From NCBI GenBank assembly GCA_015487695.1, contig WFPF01000130.1:19079-83078 (forward strand): a DNA stretch of 64,000 nt. The letters are read 5' to 3'. A program made the position numbers and the translations under genes. Of the stretch, positions 37,143 through 46,428 are shown one piece after another (position 1 is the stretch's first letter; each line of letters starts with the position of its first letter). Source of the stretch: Chitinophagales bacterium. GTDB taxonomy: Bacteria; Bacteroidota; Bacteroidia; Chitinophagales; S012-47. A model generated the notes under the pieces. It had not been told where the DNA came from and did no database searches. It saw only the letters and a program-made list of their open reading frames with translations.

Positions 37143-37607
37143 GTGGTAACAGATCAAAGCAACAATGAAATAAAATTGTACAAAGACGTAGAAGCCACCA
37201 ATCAGGATGGAAATCAAGAAAACGCCTGCAGTCATAGTGCGCTAAAAAATGATAATCGAGATGGAGGTAGTTCGAATTTCGATGAACTGCAATTGATTGA
37301 TGAATTTCTTGCTTCCCATTCCGGCAAGCTCTCCGTTAATTTTGAGTACCAAAACGAAAAAATAAAAATAATTCCGAATCCGGCAAATGATCAGATTAAA
37401 ATATATCTTGAATCCGGCAGTTCTGATTATGAAAATGGAACTTTTAAAATATTAGATGCCCATGGAAGGATTGTTCAATATGCTGGTTTTTCTGATCTTA
37501 ATGGGAGAAGCTTTTCAATAGCTTCATTGCCCTCAGGTGTATACTTTTTGATATTGCTGTCATCCAATAATAAATCACAAAATGCTTTAATTTTTATAAA
37601 GAAATAA
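37143..37607 (+). CDS. T9SS type A sorting-domain ORF with no signal peptide (probable 3' remnant of a cargo gene)
   Basis: C-terminus IIPNPANDQIKIYLE...FKILDAHGRIV...LPSGVYFLILLSSNN...LIFIKK is a Por_Secre_tail signature. The only start is GTG 37143, there is no N-terminal signal peptide, and an in-frame stop lies at 37065. Confidence 0.6.
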   Translation: MVTDQSNNEIKLYKDVEATNQDGNQENACSHSALKNDNRDGGSSNFDELQLIDEFLASHSGKLSVNFEYQNEKIKIIPNPANDQIKIYLESGSSDYENGTFKILDAHGRIVQYAGFSDLNGRSFSIASLPSGVYFLILLSSNNKSQNALIFIKK

Positions 37608-37612
37608 ACCAT

Positions 37613-38176
37613 ATGAAAAGCAGCCAATTATTAGTCAACCTCTTCTTAGTAGCCGGACTTTTTAGCGCTTGCCATTCGAAGATCCCGGATAACCGAGGCA
37701 AAGCCACTGCACTGAAAAACGGAGAAGAATGGACAGCGACCGTGGTCTATCACGGAAGAATAAGAGCCGATACGGACACCATGGCCATCCATTTAACGCA
37801 ATTCTCAAAAGAAGGTTTTGAACGCTACAGTTTAGGATTCTACTTCATTCCGGAAGAGTATGGTGAAATAGATTTATCAAGTTACAAATACATTCTTAAA
37901 AATGGGTATGCTGAGGCAGTTCACAGGCCATGTGCCGAAGTACTCACTGCACTCGATGACGGACATGTCAGCGGTATTCCCTATCGTCTCATTGATCACC
38001 ATCCGATGAATTACTTCCGGATCACCGAAATCAAAAGAAACGGGACCATAAAGGGAGCGTTTGCGCTGGCCTTCGTAAAAGACCCCATTGGAATCAGCGG
38101 CCCCATCACCCCCGTCATTTTTCCCGATACCCTGTTCTTTGAAAACGGAGTTTTTAAATCCATCCTCGAGGAATAG
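37613..38176 (+). CDS. hypothetical lipoprotein
   Basis: N-terminus MKSSQLLVNLFLVAGLFSAC has a lipobox. No family recognised. Confidence 0.65.
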   Translation: MKSSQLLVNLFLVAGLFSACHSKIPDNRGKATALKNGEEWTATVVYHGRIRADTDTMAIHLTQFSKEGFERYSLGFYFIPEEYGEIDLSSYKYILKNGYAEAVHRPCAEVLTALDDGHVSGIPYRLIDHHPMNYFRITEIKRNGTIKGAFALAFVKDPIGISGPITPVIFPDTLFFENGVFKSILEE

Positions 38177-38211
38177 AGCCCGGCAGTCTGCCTTCATCCA
38201 TTTTTTCCCCT

Positions 38212-38219
38212 TAACTTTG
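38212..38219 (+). promoter_or_regulatory. Bacteroidota-type -7 promoter box upstream of purF
   Basis: TAACTTTG matches the TAnnTTTG consensus and lies 20 nt upstream of the ATG. No clear -33 TTTG at canonical spacing. Confidence 0.35.
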
Positions 38220-38238
38220 AGGCTGACAGATACAAGCC

Positions 38239-40143
38239 ATGAGTGACCTCATCAAACACGAGTGCGGCATCGCCCTGATTCGCCTGCGCAAGCCGCTCTC
38301 CTATTACTACGAGAAATACGGCACCCCGCTCTACGGGCTCAACAAGCTCTACCTCCTCATGGAAAAGCAGCACAACCGCGGGCAGGACGGGGCCGGGGTG
38401 GGCAGCGTCAAATTAAATACCGAGCCCGGCTATCGCTACATCAGCCGCATACGCAGCAATGCCGGTCAACCCATCAAAGACATCTTCGAGCAGATCTACG
38501 CCCGCTTCGAAAAACTGCAGGCTGAAGACAGCAGCCGGCTGAAAGATGCGGCCTGGCTCAAGCGACATGTAGGCTTCACCGGTGAAATCCTCATGGGGCA
38601 TCTGCGCTACGGCACCCACGGTGGCAACTCCGTGGAACAATGCCACCCTTTCCTGCGGCAAAACAACTGGAAAACCCGCAACCTCATGCTGGCCGGCAAC
38701 TTCAACATGACCAATGTCGATGAGCTCTTCGAGCAACTGGTGGAACTCGGACAGTTTCCCAAGGAAAAATCGGATACGGTGACGGTGCTCGAAAAGATCG
38801 GCCACTTTATGGATGTGGAGAATCAGCGCATTTTTGATGAATACAAGGTCCGGGGCTACAGCAACCGGGAATTGTCGGAAATCATAGCGGACAAGATGGA
38901 CCTGGCACGCTTGCTGAACCGGGCCGCCCGTGATTTTGACGGGGGCTACACCATGCTCGGCCTCCTCGGCCATGGCGATGCTTTCGTACTGCGCGACCCC
39001 CACTGCATCCGGCCGGCCTATTGGTATATGAATGAAGAGGTTGTCGTAGCGGCCAGCGAACGCCCCCCGATCCAGACGGCTTTCAATGCGCCCATCGAAA
39101 AGGTGGAAGAAATACCGGGCGGACATGCCCTGATTATCAAGCACACGGGCAAAGTAAGCATCGAAAAAGTGCTGGAGCCCCGCCAAAGAAGCGCCTGCAG
39201 TTTCGAGCGCATCTACTTTTCGCGCGGCAGCGACCGCGACATCTACCGCGAGCGGCAGCAACTGGGCACACAACTGGTGCGGCAGATTCTTCCGGCCATC
39301 GATCACGACCTCGAAAACACGGTCTTTTCCTTCGTCCCAAATACAGCCGAAGTGGCCTTCTACGGCATGATGAAAGGCCTCGAAGATTGGCTCATAGATC
39401 ATAAAATCAAAAAAATAGAACAGCACAAAGAAGACCTGAACGGGGACGAACTGCAGAAAATACTCAACTGGAAACCCCGTGTGGAAAAGGTGACGGTGAA
39501 AGACGTAAAAATGCGCACCTTCATCACCGAGGACCATGCCCGTGACGAGCTGGTGAGCCATGTCTACGATATCACCTACGGTTCTTTGAGGCGCAACCGC
39601 GACAGTCTTGTGATCATGGACGACTCCATCGTGCGCGGCACCACGCTGAAACGCAGCATCCTGAGCATCCTCGACCGCCTCGGACCCAAAAAAATCATTG
39701 TCGTTTCATCGGCACCGCAGATCCGCTACCCCGACTGCTACGGCATCGACATGTCAAAACTGGGTGACTTCGTAGCCTTCCGGGCAGCCATTCGCCTGCT
39801 CAAAGCCCGCGGCATGGAATCGCTGATTGATGAAGTCTACCGCGATTGCAAAAAAGAACTCGAAAAACCCCTCGGAGAGGAACAGACAAATCACGTGAAG
39901 CGTATCTACAAGCCCTTTGACGTGGATGAAATATCGGAAGAGATCGCACGCATTGTCCGGCCCGAACATATCTTCAGCCGGGTGGAAGTCATTTACCAGC
40001 ACATCGAGGGGCTGCATGCCGCCTGCCCCCAAAACAAAGGCGACTGGTATTTTACAGGCAACTATCCTACCCCGGGCGGCACACGCGTGGCCAATAAGTC
40101 TTTTGTCTACTATATGGAAGGGCGGGAAGAAAGAGCCTACTGA
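38239..40143 (+). CDS. purF: amidophosphoribosyltransferase (long Bacteroidota type)
   Basis: N-terminal class II glutamine amidotransferase Cys (KHECGIALI) and PRTase motif LVIMDDSIVRGTT. Confidence 0.9.
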   Translation: MSDLIKHECGIALIRLRKPLSYYYEKYGTPLYGLNKLYLLMEKQHNRGQDGAGVGSVKLNTEPGYRYISRIRSNAGQPIKDIFEQIYARFEKLQAEDSSRLKDAAWLKRHVGFTGEILMGHLRYGTHGGNSVEQCHPFLRQNNWKTRNLMLAGNFNMTNVDELFEQLVELGQFPKEKSDTVTVLEKIGHFMDVENQRIFDEYKVRGYSNRELSEIIADKMDLARLLNRAARDFDGGYTMLGLLGHGDAFVLRDPHCIRPAYWYMNEEVVVAASERPPIQTAFNAPIEKVEEIPGGHALIIKHTGKVSIEKVLEPRQRSACSFERIYFSRGSDRDIYRERQQLGTQLVRQILPAIDHDLENTVFSFVPNTAEVAFYGMMKGLEDWLIDHKIKKIEQHKEDLNGDELQKILNWKPRVEKVTVKDVKMRTFITEDHARDELVSHVYDITYGSLRRNRDSLVIMDDSIVRGTTLKRSILSILDRLGPKKIIVVSSAPQIRYPDCYGIDMSKLGDFVAFRAAIRLLKARGMESLIDEVYRDCKKELEKPLGEEQTNHVKRIYKPFDVDEISEEIARIVRPEHIFSRVEVIYQHIEGLHAACPQNKGDWYFTGNYPTPGGTRVANKSFVYYMEGREERAY

Positions 40144-40338
40144 AAAAGATCGGGGTATTGCGATCACATCCCAGGTGGCGGGACAGTATACCCGGTTCGG
40201 TACTAGTATAACCTTTAATATTCATGGCGATTTCAGAAATAGAAAAAATAATATGGCAGGCTATCATAATTCTAATTGACACGGTTTTTCTTATATCCGA
40301 AATAAATGCTGCATACCTTTTAGTAGAAAGTAATAGGT

Positions 40339-40767
40339 GTGTATAACTGTATTAATAACTTTGATACGACCATTGCCATTCCGGATTCCCCGGACATTGA
40401 AAGTGCAGTTTGGACAATGGAAACGGATGCTGTCATACAAGAAGAAAATCTTTATAAGAAAAGTGAAGACAAAACAGAGCTATTCCTGATAAATCAGAAA
40501 GGTATTTATTCCATTGAGGCATATCCTAATCCCTCATTCGACAACATTAATCTTGCATATACCAATGGGAAGTCGCAAAGAATAGATATTTGGCTGTATG
40601 AGCAAAGAGGCAGCTTAGTAAATCATGTTTTCTCAGGGTTCATGAAAGAAAATGAAGTCCTTAACCGAAATTATTCTTTGAAAAAATATGGAAAAGGCAT
40701 TTACTATATTGTGATTGAAATGCATAAAGAGGGCAATAACTTAGTAAAGAAACTCGATATTTATTAA
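40339..40767 (+). CDS. T9SS type A sorting-domain ORF with no signal peptide (probable 3' remnant)
   Basis: AYPNPSFDNINLAY...IDIWLYEQRGSLV...GIYYIVIEM...KKLDIY is a Por_Secre_tail signature. GTG start, no signal peptide, AT-rich. Confidence 0.6.
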   Translation: MYNCINNFDTTIAIPDSPDIESAVWTMETDAVIQEENLYKKSEDKTELFLINQKGIYSIEAYPNPSFDNINLAYTNGKSQRIDIWLYEQRGSLVNHVFSGFMKENEVLNRNYSLKKYGKGIYYIVIEMHKEGNNLVKKLDIY

Positions 40768-40814
40768 ATACTTTAAAGCCGATTGTGAGATTGTCTTTTT
40801 ATAAATTCTCCTCA

Positions 40815-41567
40815 ATGAAAAAGATTATTTTCTTTATAGTTCTATACCTGTCGGCAGCCGCACAATGTATTTCTCAAAACATTGAATACGGGGCCGTTAT
40901 TGGAGCTTCCAGGGGCCTCTTTGCCAATACCATTGAATCATTTGATACAGAGGAATTCATATTGAGCACCGGGAGCTCACCCCTTATCGGAATTTATGGG
41001 CAAAAGAGCTATAACGATCTATTGGCCTTGAATTGGGAGATTCAACTCAGCTCACATGAAATTGCTTTCACACATAGTATAGAAGATGAGTTTATATCCT
41101 ATAAAATAAGATTTTCGGAGAGCATATCACAACTTAAATTCCTATTCTCAAATAATTCAAAAGTGATGTCCCTGGGTGACAATATGAATTTAATCGCATC
41201 GCTGGGTGCAGGAGGATCTCTGCATACCTTTAGCCGTTCTTCCTGGTCACAAGATGTCTCTTTACTAATAGCGGAATCTGACTCTTTATATGACTTTAGC
41301 TTCACCACGTCAGATCATTTGGGAATGAAGAAATTTATTCCTGAAGGATTTCTTGGAATCGGCTTCCGCTATAGCAAGAAGATACTTTTTTTCAAGAGCG
41401 CTTCACTGCGTCTTACTTATCATTATCTTTTCAGAAATATCATAGACTCTCCAAGCAAATACTCTTCCAAAATATATAAGGATAAAATCCCCTATAGAAA
41501 TTACGAAGCCTCCTGGGCGGGACGGCTCACCTATTTTGATCTTGTGTTGCGACTGGCCGTATTTTGA
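40815..41567 (+). CDS. hypothetical OM beta-barrel-like protein
   Basis: Signal peptide MKKIIFFIVLYLSAAAQ, alternating strand pattern, C-terminal ..LRLAVF with a terminal Phe. Start taken at ATG 40815. Confidence 0.6.
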   Translation: MKKIIFFIVLYLSAAAQCISQNIEYGAVIGASRGLFANTIESFDTEEFILSTGSSPLIGIYGQKSYNDLLALNWEIQLSSHEIAFTHSIEDEFISYKIRFSESISQLKFLFSNNSKVMSLGDNMNLIASLGAGGSLHTFSRSSWSQDVSLLIAESDSLYDFSFTTSDHLGMKKFIPEGFLGIGFRYSKKILFFKSASLRLTYHYLFRNIIDSPSKYSSKIYKDKIPYRNYEASWAGRLTYFDLVLRLAVF

Positions 41568-42230
41568 AATGGATATTCGCGGCCCCCGGCATCTTCATTT
41601 CTTCCCCACTAAGCATTTTTACCGCCCACTAGCTCTATGGAACTCACGAGCCATATCTTCACCTCTTTGTTTAACAGAATGCCATCCGATTTGCATTCAA
41701 ATTTGTAATAAAAAAGGGGGCGAAGACGAAAAAGATTTATAGACCCCGGTAGCTCCTTCCGGGCACCAGGGCAGCCTATCCGGTACGGGCATCTGGGCAG
41801 CCGCGGAAAATGAGACCGCCAGGGGTAAGAATAATTGAAATATATGTTTTCATAATCTATTGCTTTTCTAAATCCGATACGCTCATATCCAGCACACGAA
41901 TTCTTTCATTCTTTTCCTAAATGAGCGATATTAACATTGGAATAAATTCAATGTAGCTCACGCTGCATTATCCATTCTCCTCTTTTTGTACAAGTTCTGG
42001 GAAAGAGCATCAGACTATTACATAGTAAAGTAAACCTGCCCTAAGTGGTATCCTTTTCTATGCTAAACTGCATAAAATTAACCATGAACGACATAAACGG
42101 GCAAATCCGGAATCCCGTTTCAGGCGCAAGCGCTTCCGTAAAATCCAGTACTCTCTCCGAACTTTCCTGAACAATTGCTTATTCCTCCATAAAGCACATT
42201 GCAGCGTCCGGTGGGCTTTGCCTTTTTGGG

Positions 42231-42238
42231 TAATTTTG
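42231..42238 (+). promoter_or_regulatory. Bacteroidota-type -7 promoter box upstream of korA
   Basis: TAATTTTG matches TAnnTTTG and lies 21 nt upstream of the ATG. A TTTG at 42216-42219 is closer than the canonical -33 spacing. Confidence 0.35.
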
Positions 42239-42258
42239 CAATAATAAAATGAAGGATC

Positions 42259-44118
42259 ATGGCCAAGGCACTCGAAGAAAAGCAAAAGGTGGTCATCAAG
42301 TTTGCCGGAGACTCCGGTGACGGCATGCAACTGACAGGCAATCAGTTTACGGATAATACGGCATACATCGGCAACGACCTGGCCACATTCCCTGATTATC
42401 CGGCCGAAATCAGGGCCCCGCAGGGGACCCTTGCGGGTGTTTCGGGTTATCAGATTCACTTCGGCAGCGATGAAGTATCGACCCCCGGAGATCATTACGA
42501 TGTGTTGGTGGCCATGAATGCGGCTGCTCTTCGAGCCAACCTGGGCAACCTGAAGGAGCGCGGCATTATTATCACCAACTCGGCAGGATTTGATGCCAAA
42601 AACCTGCGCCTCTCGGGCTACGAAAGCAATCCGCTGGAAGACGGAAGCCTCGAAGGTTTTGAGGTTTTCTCCATCGATATCACAAAACTCACACGGGAGT
42701 GTCTCAAAGACATTCCGCTGGGGACAAAGGAAAAAGACCGCTCGAAAAACATGTTTGTTTTGGGGCTGCTCTACTGGCTTTTCAACCGGAACCCGGACAG
42801 TACCGTTGAATATCTGAAAGAGAAATTTGCCAAAAAACCGGATATTCTGGAGGCCAATATCAAAGCCCTGAAAGCGGGTTACCACTTTGGTGATACCACG
42901 GAGATATTCAGTTCGCGCTACGAAGTGGGCCCGGCCCGCCTCGAAGCGGGCAGCTATCGCAACATCATGGGCAACGAGGCCACGGTTTTGGGTATGGTGG
43001 CTGCTTCGCAGAAGGCCGGCATCGACCTCTTTCTCGGTTCTTACCCGATCACACCGGCCTCCGACATACTGCACGGGCTATCGCGTTACAAGAATTTCGG
43101 TGTGCGCACCTTCCAGGCGGAGGATGAGATAGCGGCCGTCAGTTCGGCCATCGGAGCCAGTTTTGGCGGTCATCTGGGAGCCACCTCTACCTCGGGCCCG
43201 GGCATGGCGCTCAAAAGCGAAGCCATGGGCCTGGCCGTCATGCTTGAGCTGCCGCTCATCGTCATTGACGTTCAGCGTGCAGGTCCTTCCACAGGCATGC
43301 CTACCAAAACCGAGCAGGCCGACCTGCTGCAGGCCATGTACGGCCGCAACGGGGAGGCACCCCTGCCGGTACTGGCAGCCTCCACTCCGGCCGATGCCTT
43401 CGAAAGCATCTACGAGGCCTGCCGCATTGCCATTGAGCATATGACTCCCGTGGTCTTTCTCAGTGACGGATACATTGCCAACGGCTCCGAACCCTGGCGC
43501 TATCCTTCAGCCAATGAGCTGCCGCCCATTCGGGTACGCTTTGCCCGCCCCTCCGAAAACGGAAGCCCGTATTATCCCTATGCGCGGGATGAAAAAGGGG
43601 TGAGAACATGGGCCATTCCGGGCACCAAAGGCCTCGAACACCGGCTGGGCGGTCTGGAAAAAGAAGATGTCACGGGCAATGTTTCCTACGACCCCGACAA
43701 CCATGAAAAGATGGTCAAAATCAGAGCAGAGAAAGTAGCCCGGATAGCAGAGCATATTCCTCCTCAAAAGATCGATGCAGGACCCGACAAAGGTCGTTTG
43801 CTGGTGATCGGCTGGGGAAGCACCTACGGTGCCATCCGTGCGGCCGTGCGACAGCTCCAAAGGCAGGGCATCCGTGATGTGGCCCATGTGCATCTTCGCT
43901 ATATCAATCCTTTTCCGGCCAATCTCGAAGACATCATTTCACACTTCGACATGGTGGCCGTGCCGGAAATCAACAACGGCCAGCTGGTGAAGATCATTCG
44001 CGACCGCTATTGCATTGATGCCCGCCCGATCAACAAGATCAAGGGTGTGCCGTTCCGCACAGAGGAACTGGCTACGGCCTTCAAAGAATTATTAAATGCC
44101 AAAAACGAAGCATCATGA
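42259..44118 (+). CDS. korA: 2-oxoglutarate/2-oxoacid:ferredoxin oxidoreductase subunit alpha
   Basis: VVIKFAGDSGDGMQLTGNQF...TFPDYPAEIRAPQGT N-terminus typical of fused gamma-alpha KorA. 619 aa. Confidence 0.9.
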   Translation: MAKALEEKQKVVIKFAGDSGDGMQLTGNQFTDNTAYIGNDLATFPDYPAEIRAPQGTLAGVSGYQIHFGSDEVSTPGDHYDVLVAMNAAALRANLGNLKERGIIITNSAGFDAKNLRLSGYESNPLEDGSLEGFEVFSIDITKLTRECLKDIPLGTKEKDRSKNMFVLGLLYWLFNRNPDSTVEYLKEKFAKKPDILEANIKALKAGYHFGDTTEIFSSRYEVGPARLEAGSYRNIMGNEATVLGMVAASQKAGIDLFLGSYPITPASDILHGLSRYKNFGVRTFQAEDEIAAVSSAIGASFGGHLGATSTSGPGMALKSEAMGLAVMLELPLIVIDVQRAGPSTGMPTKTEQADLLQAMYGRNGEAPLPVLAASTPADAFESIYEACRIAIEHMTPVVFLSDGYIANGSEPWRYPSANELPPIRVRFARPSENGSPYYPYARDEKGVRTWAIPGTKGLEHRLGGLEKEDVTGNVSYDPDNHEKMVKIRAEKVARIAEHIPPQKIDAGPDKGRLLVIGWGSTYGAIRAAVRQLQRQGIRDVAHVHLRYINPFPANLEDIISHFDMVAVPEINNGQLVKIIRDRYCIDARPINKIKGVPFRTEELATAFKELLNAKNEAS

Positions 44119-45149
44119 ATGTCCGCATCGAACACGAAGAGCTGCCGCTGACGCCCAAAGATTTTCAAAGCGACCAGGATGTGCGCTGGTGTCCCGGCTG
44201 CGGTGATTATTCCATACTCAAACAGGTACAGAAAATCCTGCCCGAGACGGGCATCCCCCGCGAAGATATTGTCATCATTTCGGGCATCGGTTGCTCCTCC
44301 CGCTTTCCGTATTACATGAACACTTTCGGCATGCACTCGATTCACGGACGGGCTCCGGCTTTCGCCTCGGGACTGAAAGCCGTCAGGCCGGAACTAAGTG
44401 TATGGATGATCACAGGAGACGGAGATGCCCTGTCAATCGGGGGCAACCACTTCATCCATCTGCTGCGCAGAAACTTTGACATCAATGTGCTGCTTTTCAA
44501 CAATCAGATTTACGGCCTGACCAAGGGGCAGTATTCCCCTACTTCGGAAGTGAATAAAGTGACCAAGTCCACTCCTTTCGGTTCGCTCGATCACCCCTTC
44601 AATCCGCCTGCACTGGCGCTGGGTGCCGATGCCACATTCGTGGCCCGCTCAGTCGACCGCGATCCGGCCCATCTGCAGGCCATGCTCCGCAGGGCCCATG
44701 CCCACAAAGGCACGTCCTTCCTGGAAATTTATCAAAACTGCAACATCTTCAATGACGGGGCTTTTGCGGCTTTTACCGATAAAAAGATCAAAAGTGAACA
44801 CATTCTCATCATGGAGCAGGGCAAGCCGCTGCTTTTCGGCAGCCATGCCGACAAAGGCATCCGCCTGAACGGAACCGTACCGGAGATTGTGTCGCTCAAC
44901 GGAGAATTCACTGCCGATGATCTCTGGATACATGATGAGCACGACCTGGGCAAAGCGCTTATCCTCAGCCGCTTTTTTATGGATCCGCGTGAAGGAGCCA
45001 TGCCCCGGCCTTTTGGTGTTTTTTACGAGAGCCAACGCCCCACGTATGAGGCGATACTCAACCGTCAGCTGGAAGAGGTGAAAGAGCGGCTGGGCCCGGG
45101 CGACCTGGATGCCCTGCTGGCAGGCAGGCGAACCTGGACAGTCGTCTAG
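44115..45149 (+). CDS. korB: 2-oxoglutarate/2-oxoacid:ferredoxin oxidoreductase subunit beta (TPP-binding)
   Basis: WCPGCGDYSIL and GDGDALSIGGNH TPP motif. ATGA overlap with korA. Confidence 0.9.
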   Translation: MNVRIEHEELPLTPKDFQSDQDVRWCPGCGDYSILKQVQKILPETGIPREDIVIISGIGCSSRFPYYMNTFGMHSIHGRAPAFASGLKAVRPELSVWMITGDGDALSIGGNHFIHLLRRNFDINVLLFNNQIYGLTKGQYSPTSEVNKVTKSTPFGSLDHPFNPPALALGADATFVARSVDRDPAHLQAMLRRAHAHKGTSFLEIYQNCNIFNDGAFAAFTDKKIKSEHILIMEQGKPLLFGSHADKGIRLNGTVPEIVSLNGEFTADDLWIHDEHDLGKALILSRFFMDPREGAMPRPFGVFYESQRPTYEAILNRQLEEVKERLGPGDLDALLAGRRTWTVV

Positions 45150-45168
45150 AAGAACCCGCTGCAAGGCA

Positions 45169-46425
45169 TTATCCCTTGTCAGCGGAAGAAAGGGCGGCAA
45201 AGAGGTGCTCGCGCTTGCGAATAAGCGATGGCGGCACAAGCATGCGATGACGTTGCTCATTCCACCAATGATAGAAACGCGAGAGAAAGGGCCCCGCCAG
45301 CGGCAGCAGAACGGCCGGCAGCCAGCATCCGGCAGATAGCGAAACGAAGAGGAAAAAGAGAAGATACCAGAGCGGAAAGGCAAGGATCATAAAGCCAAAG
45401 AGGAGAGAACTGTGAAAGTGAGGGTGGACGTTCATGGATCGCACGATGGCCCGGGGCAGATACCGTGGAATTCCATTGATCAGCAAATCGGGCAGAAGCA
45501 GGGGCGCGGACACGATGGCGGCCAGAGTTGCCGCCTTGCGTCCTGAGCGGGCCGTGGCCGCCACATGGCGATCGTGAAGCCCGCGCTTGTCCAGTTGTTT
45601 CAGATAGAGGGCAAAGCAGCGCTCCAGGCGTTTTTTCTTTTCAGCCGGAAATTGTTTGACCGTTTCCAGCATTTCCATGGCCCAGTCGAGGCGCTGCGAA
45701 AAGAGCGGTCTGACCCCGTCCAGGCGTTTTAGTTTGTAAAAACAAGGCAAATCTTCTTCGCGCTCTACATTCCACATCAGCCTTTTCAGCGATTCGGCTA
45801 TCCGTTCGGTTATCAGGCGATAAATGTCTTCCGGGTTTTTTTCATAGGCTTCGCGAAAGTCGTTGATCCGTATCGGCTCACCGTAGCGTGCAATCATATC
45901 GCTGTGCACCCTGAAATATTCACTGAAGGAAAGTCCTGCGGGACAGATATAAAGGGGTGTCTCCCAATCACACTCCAGCATAAACCGGATGGCAATGCGC
46001 GCACTGCCTTTTTTGAGGGGAAGCAGATGATGGTCAATGCCTTTGTCGCCTTCGGGCGCAATGACGATGGCACCGCCTTTCTTTAAAAAATCAGTCACTG
46101 CGCTGAAAATGGGTGCGTTGGCCTCGATGGTATTGACTCCGTCCCGCTGCCGGTAAATGGGCAGCATCTTGAAAGAACGGAAGATGCGGTTGAGCAGGGA
46201 ATTGCGAAACACATCGGAACGGGTGAGGAAGCCCGGCTGCCGCTTGTGAAACATGGCCACCATTACCGGGTCGATCACGGCATTGCTGTGATTCATGGTA
46301 AAAATCAGCGGCCCGGATTCCGGGATATGCCCGGTACCGTACACTTCCATCTTCCGGTAGAAGCGCCTGAAAGCAAAATACATCAAACGATGCATTATGG
46401 CGTAGCGTTTTGAGTGTTGCTTCAT
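45169..46425 (-). CDS. PlsC-family (lysophospholipid) acyltransferase with a C-terminal membrane domain
   Basis: Acyltransferase motifs TMNHSNAVIDP and IAPEGDKG. The C-terminal third is hydrophobic. Confidence 0.8.
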   Translation of the reverse strand: MKQHSKRYAIMHRLMYFAFRRFYRKMEVYGTGHIPESGPLIFTMNHSNAVIDPVMVAMFHKRQPGFLTRSDVFRNSLLNRIFRSFKMLPIYRQRDGVNTIEANAPIFSAVTDFLKKGGAIVIAPEGDKGIDHHLLPLKKGSARIAIRFMLECDWETPLYICPAGLSFSEYFRVHSDMIARYGEPIRINDFREAYEKNPEDIYRLITERIAESLKRLMWNVEREEDLPCFYKLKRLDGVRPLFSQRLDWAMEMLETVKQFPAEKKKRLERCFALYLKQLDKRGLHDRHVAATARSGRKAATLAAIVSAPLLLPDLLINGIPRYLPRAIVRSMNVHPHFHSSLLFGFMILAFPLWYLLFFLFVSLSAGCWLPAVLLPLAGPFLSRFYHWWNEQRHRMLVPPSLIRKREHLFAALSSADKG

Positions 46426-46428
46426 TGC

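Noticed and set aside
38413-39561. 382-aa ORF antisense to purF
   Set aside because: The sense frame is clearly amidophosphoribosyltransferase.
41536-41742. 68-aa ORF overlapping the end of the barrel gene
   Set aside because: It is Cys/His-rich with odd composition, has no start context, and overlaps a better-supported gene.
42058-43074. 338-aa ORF antisense to korA, extending into the upstream gap
   Set aside because: The sense frame is clearly KorA. The part in the gap has no independent coding signal.
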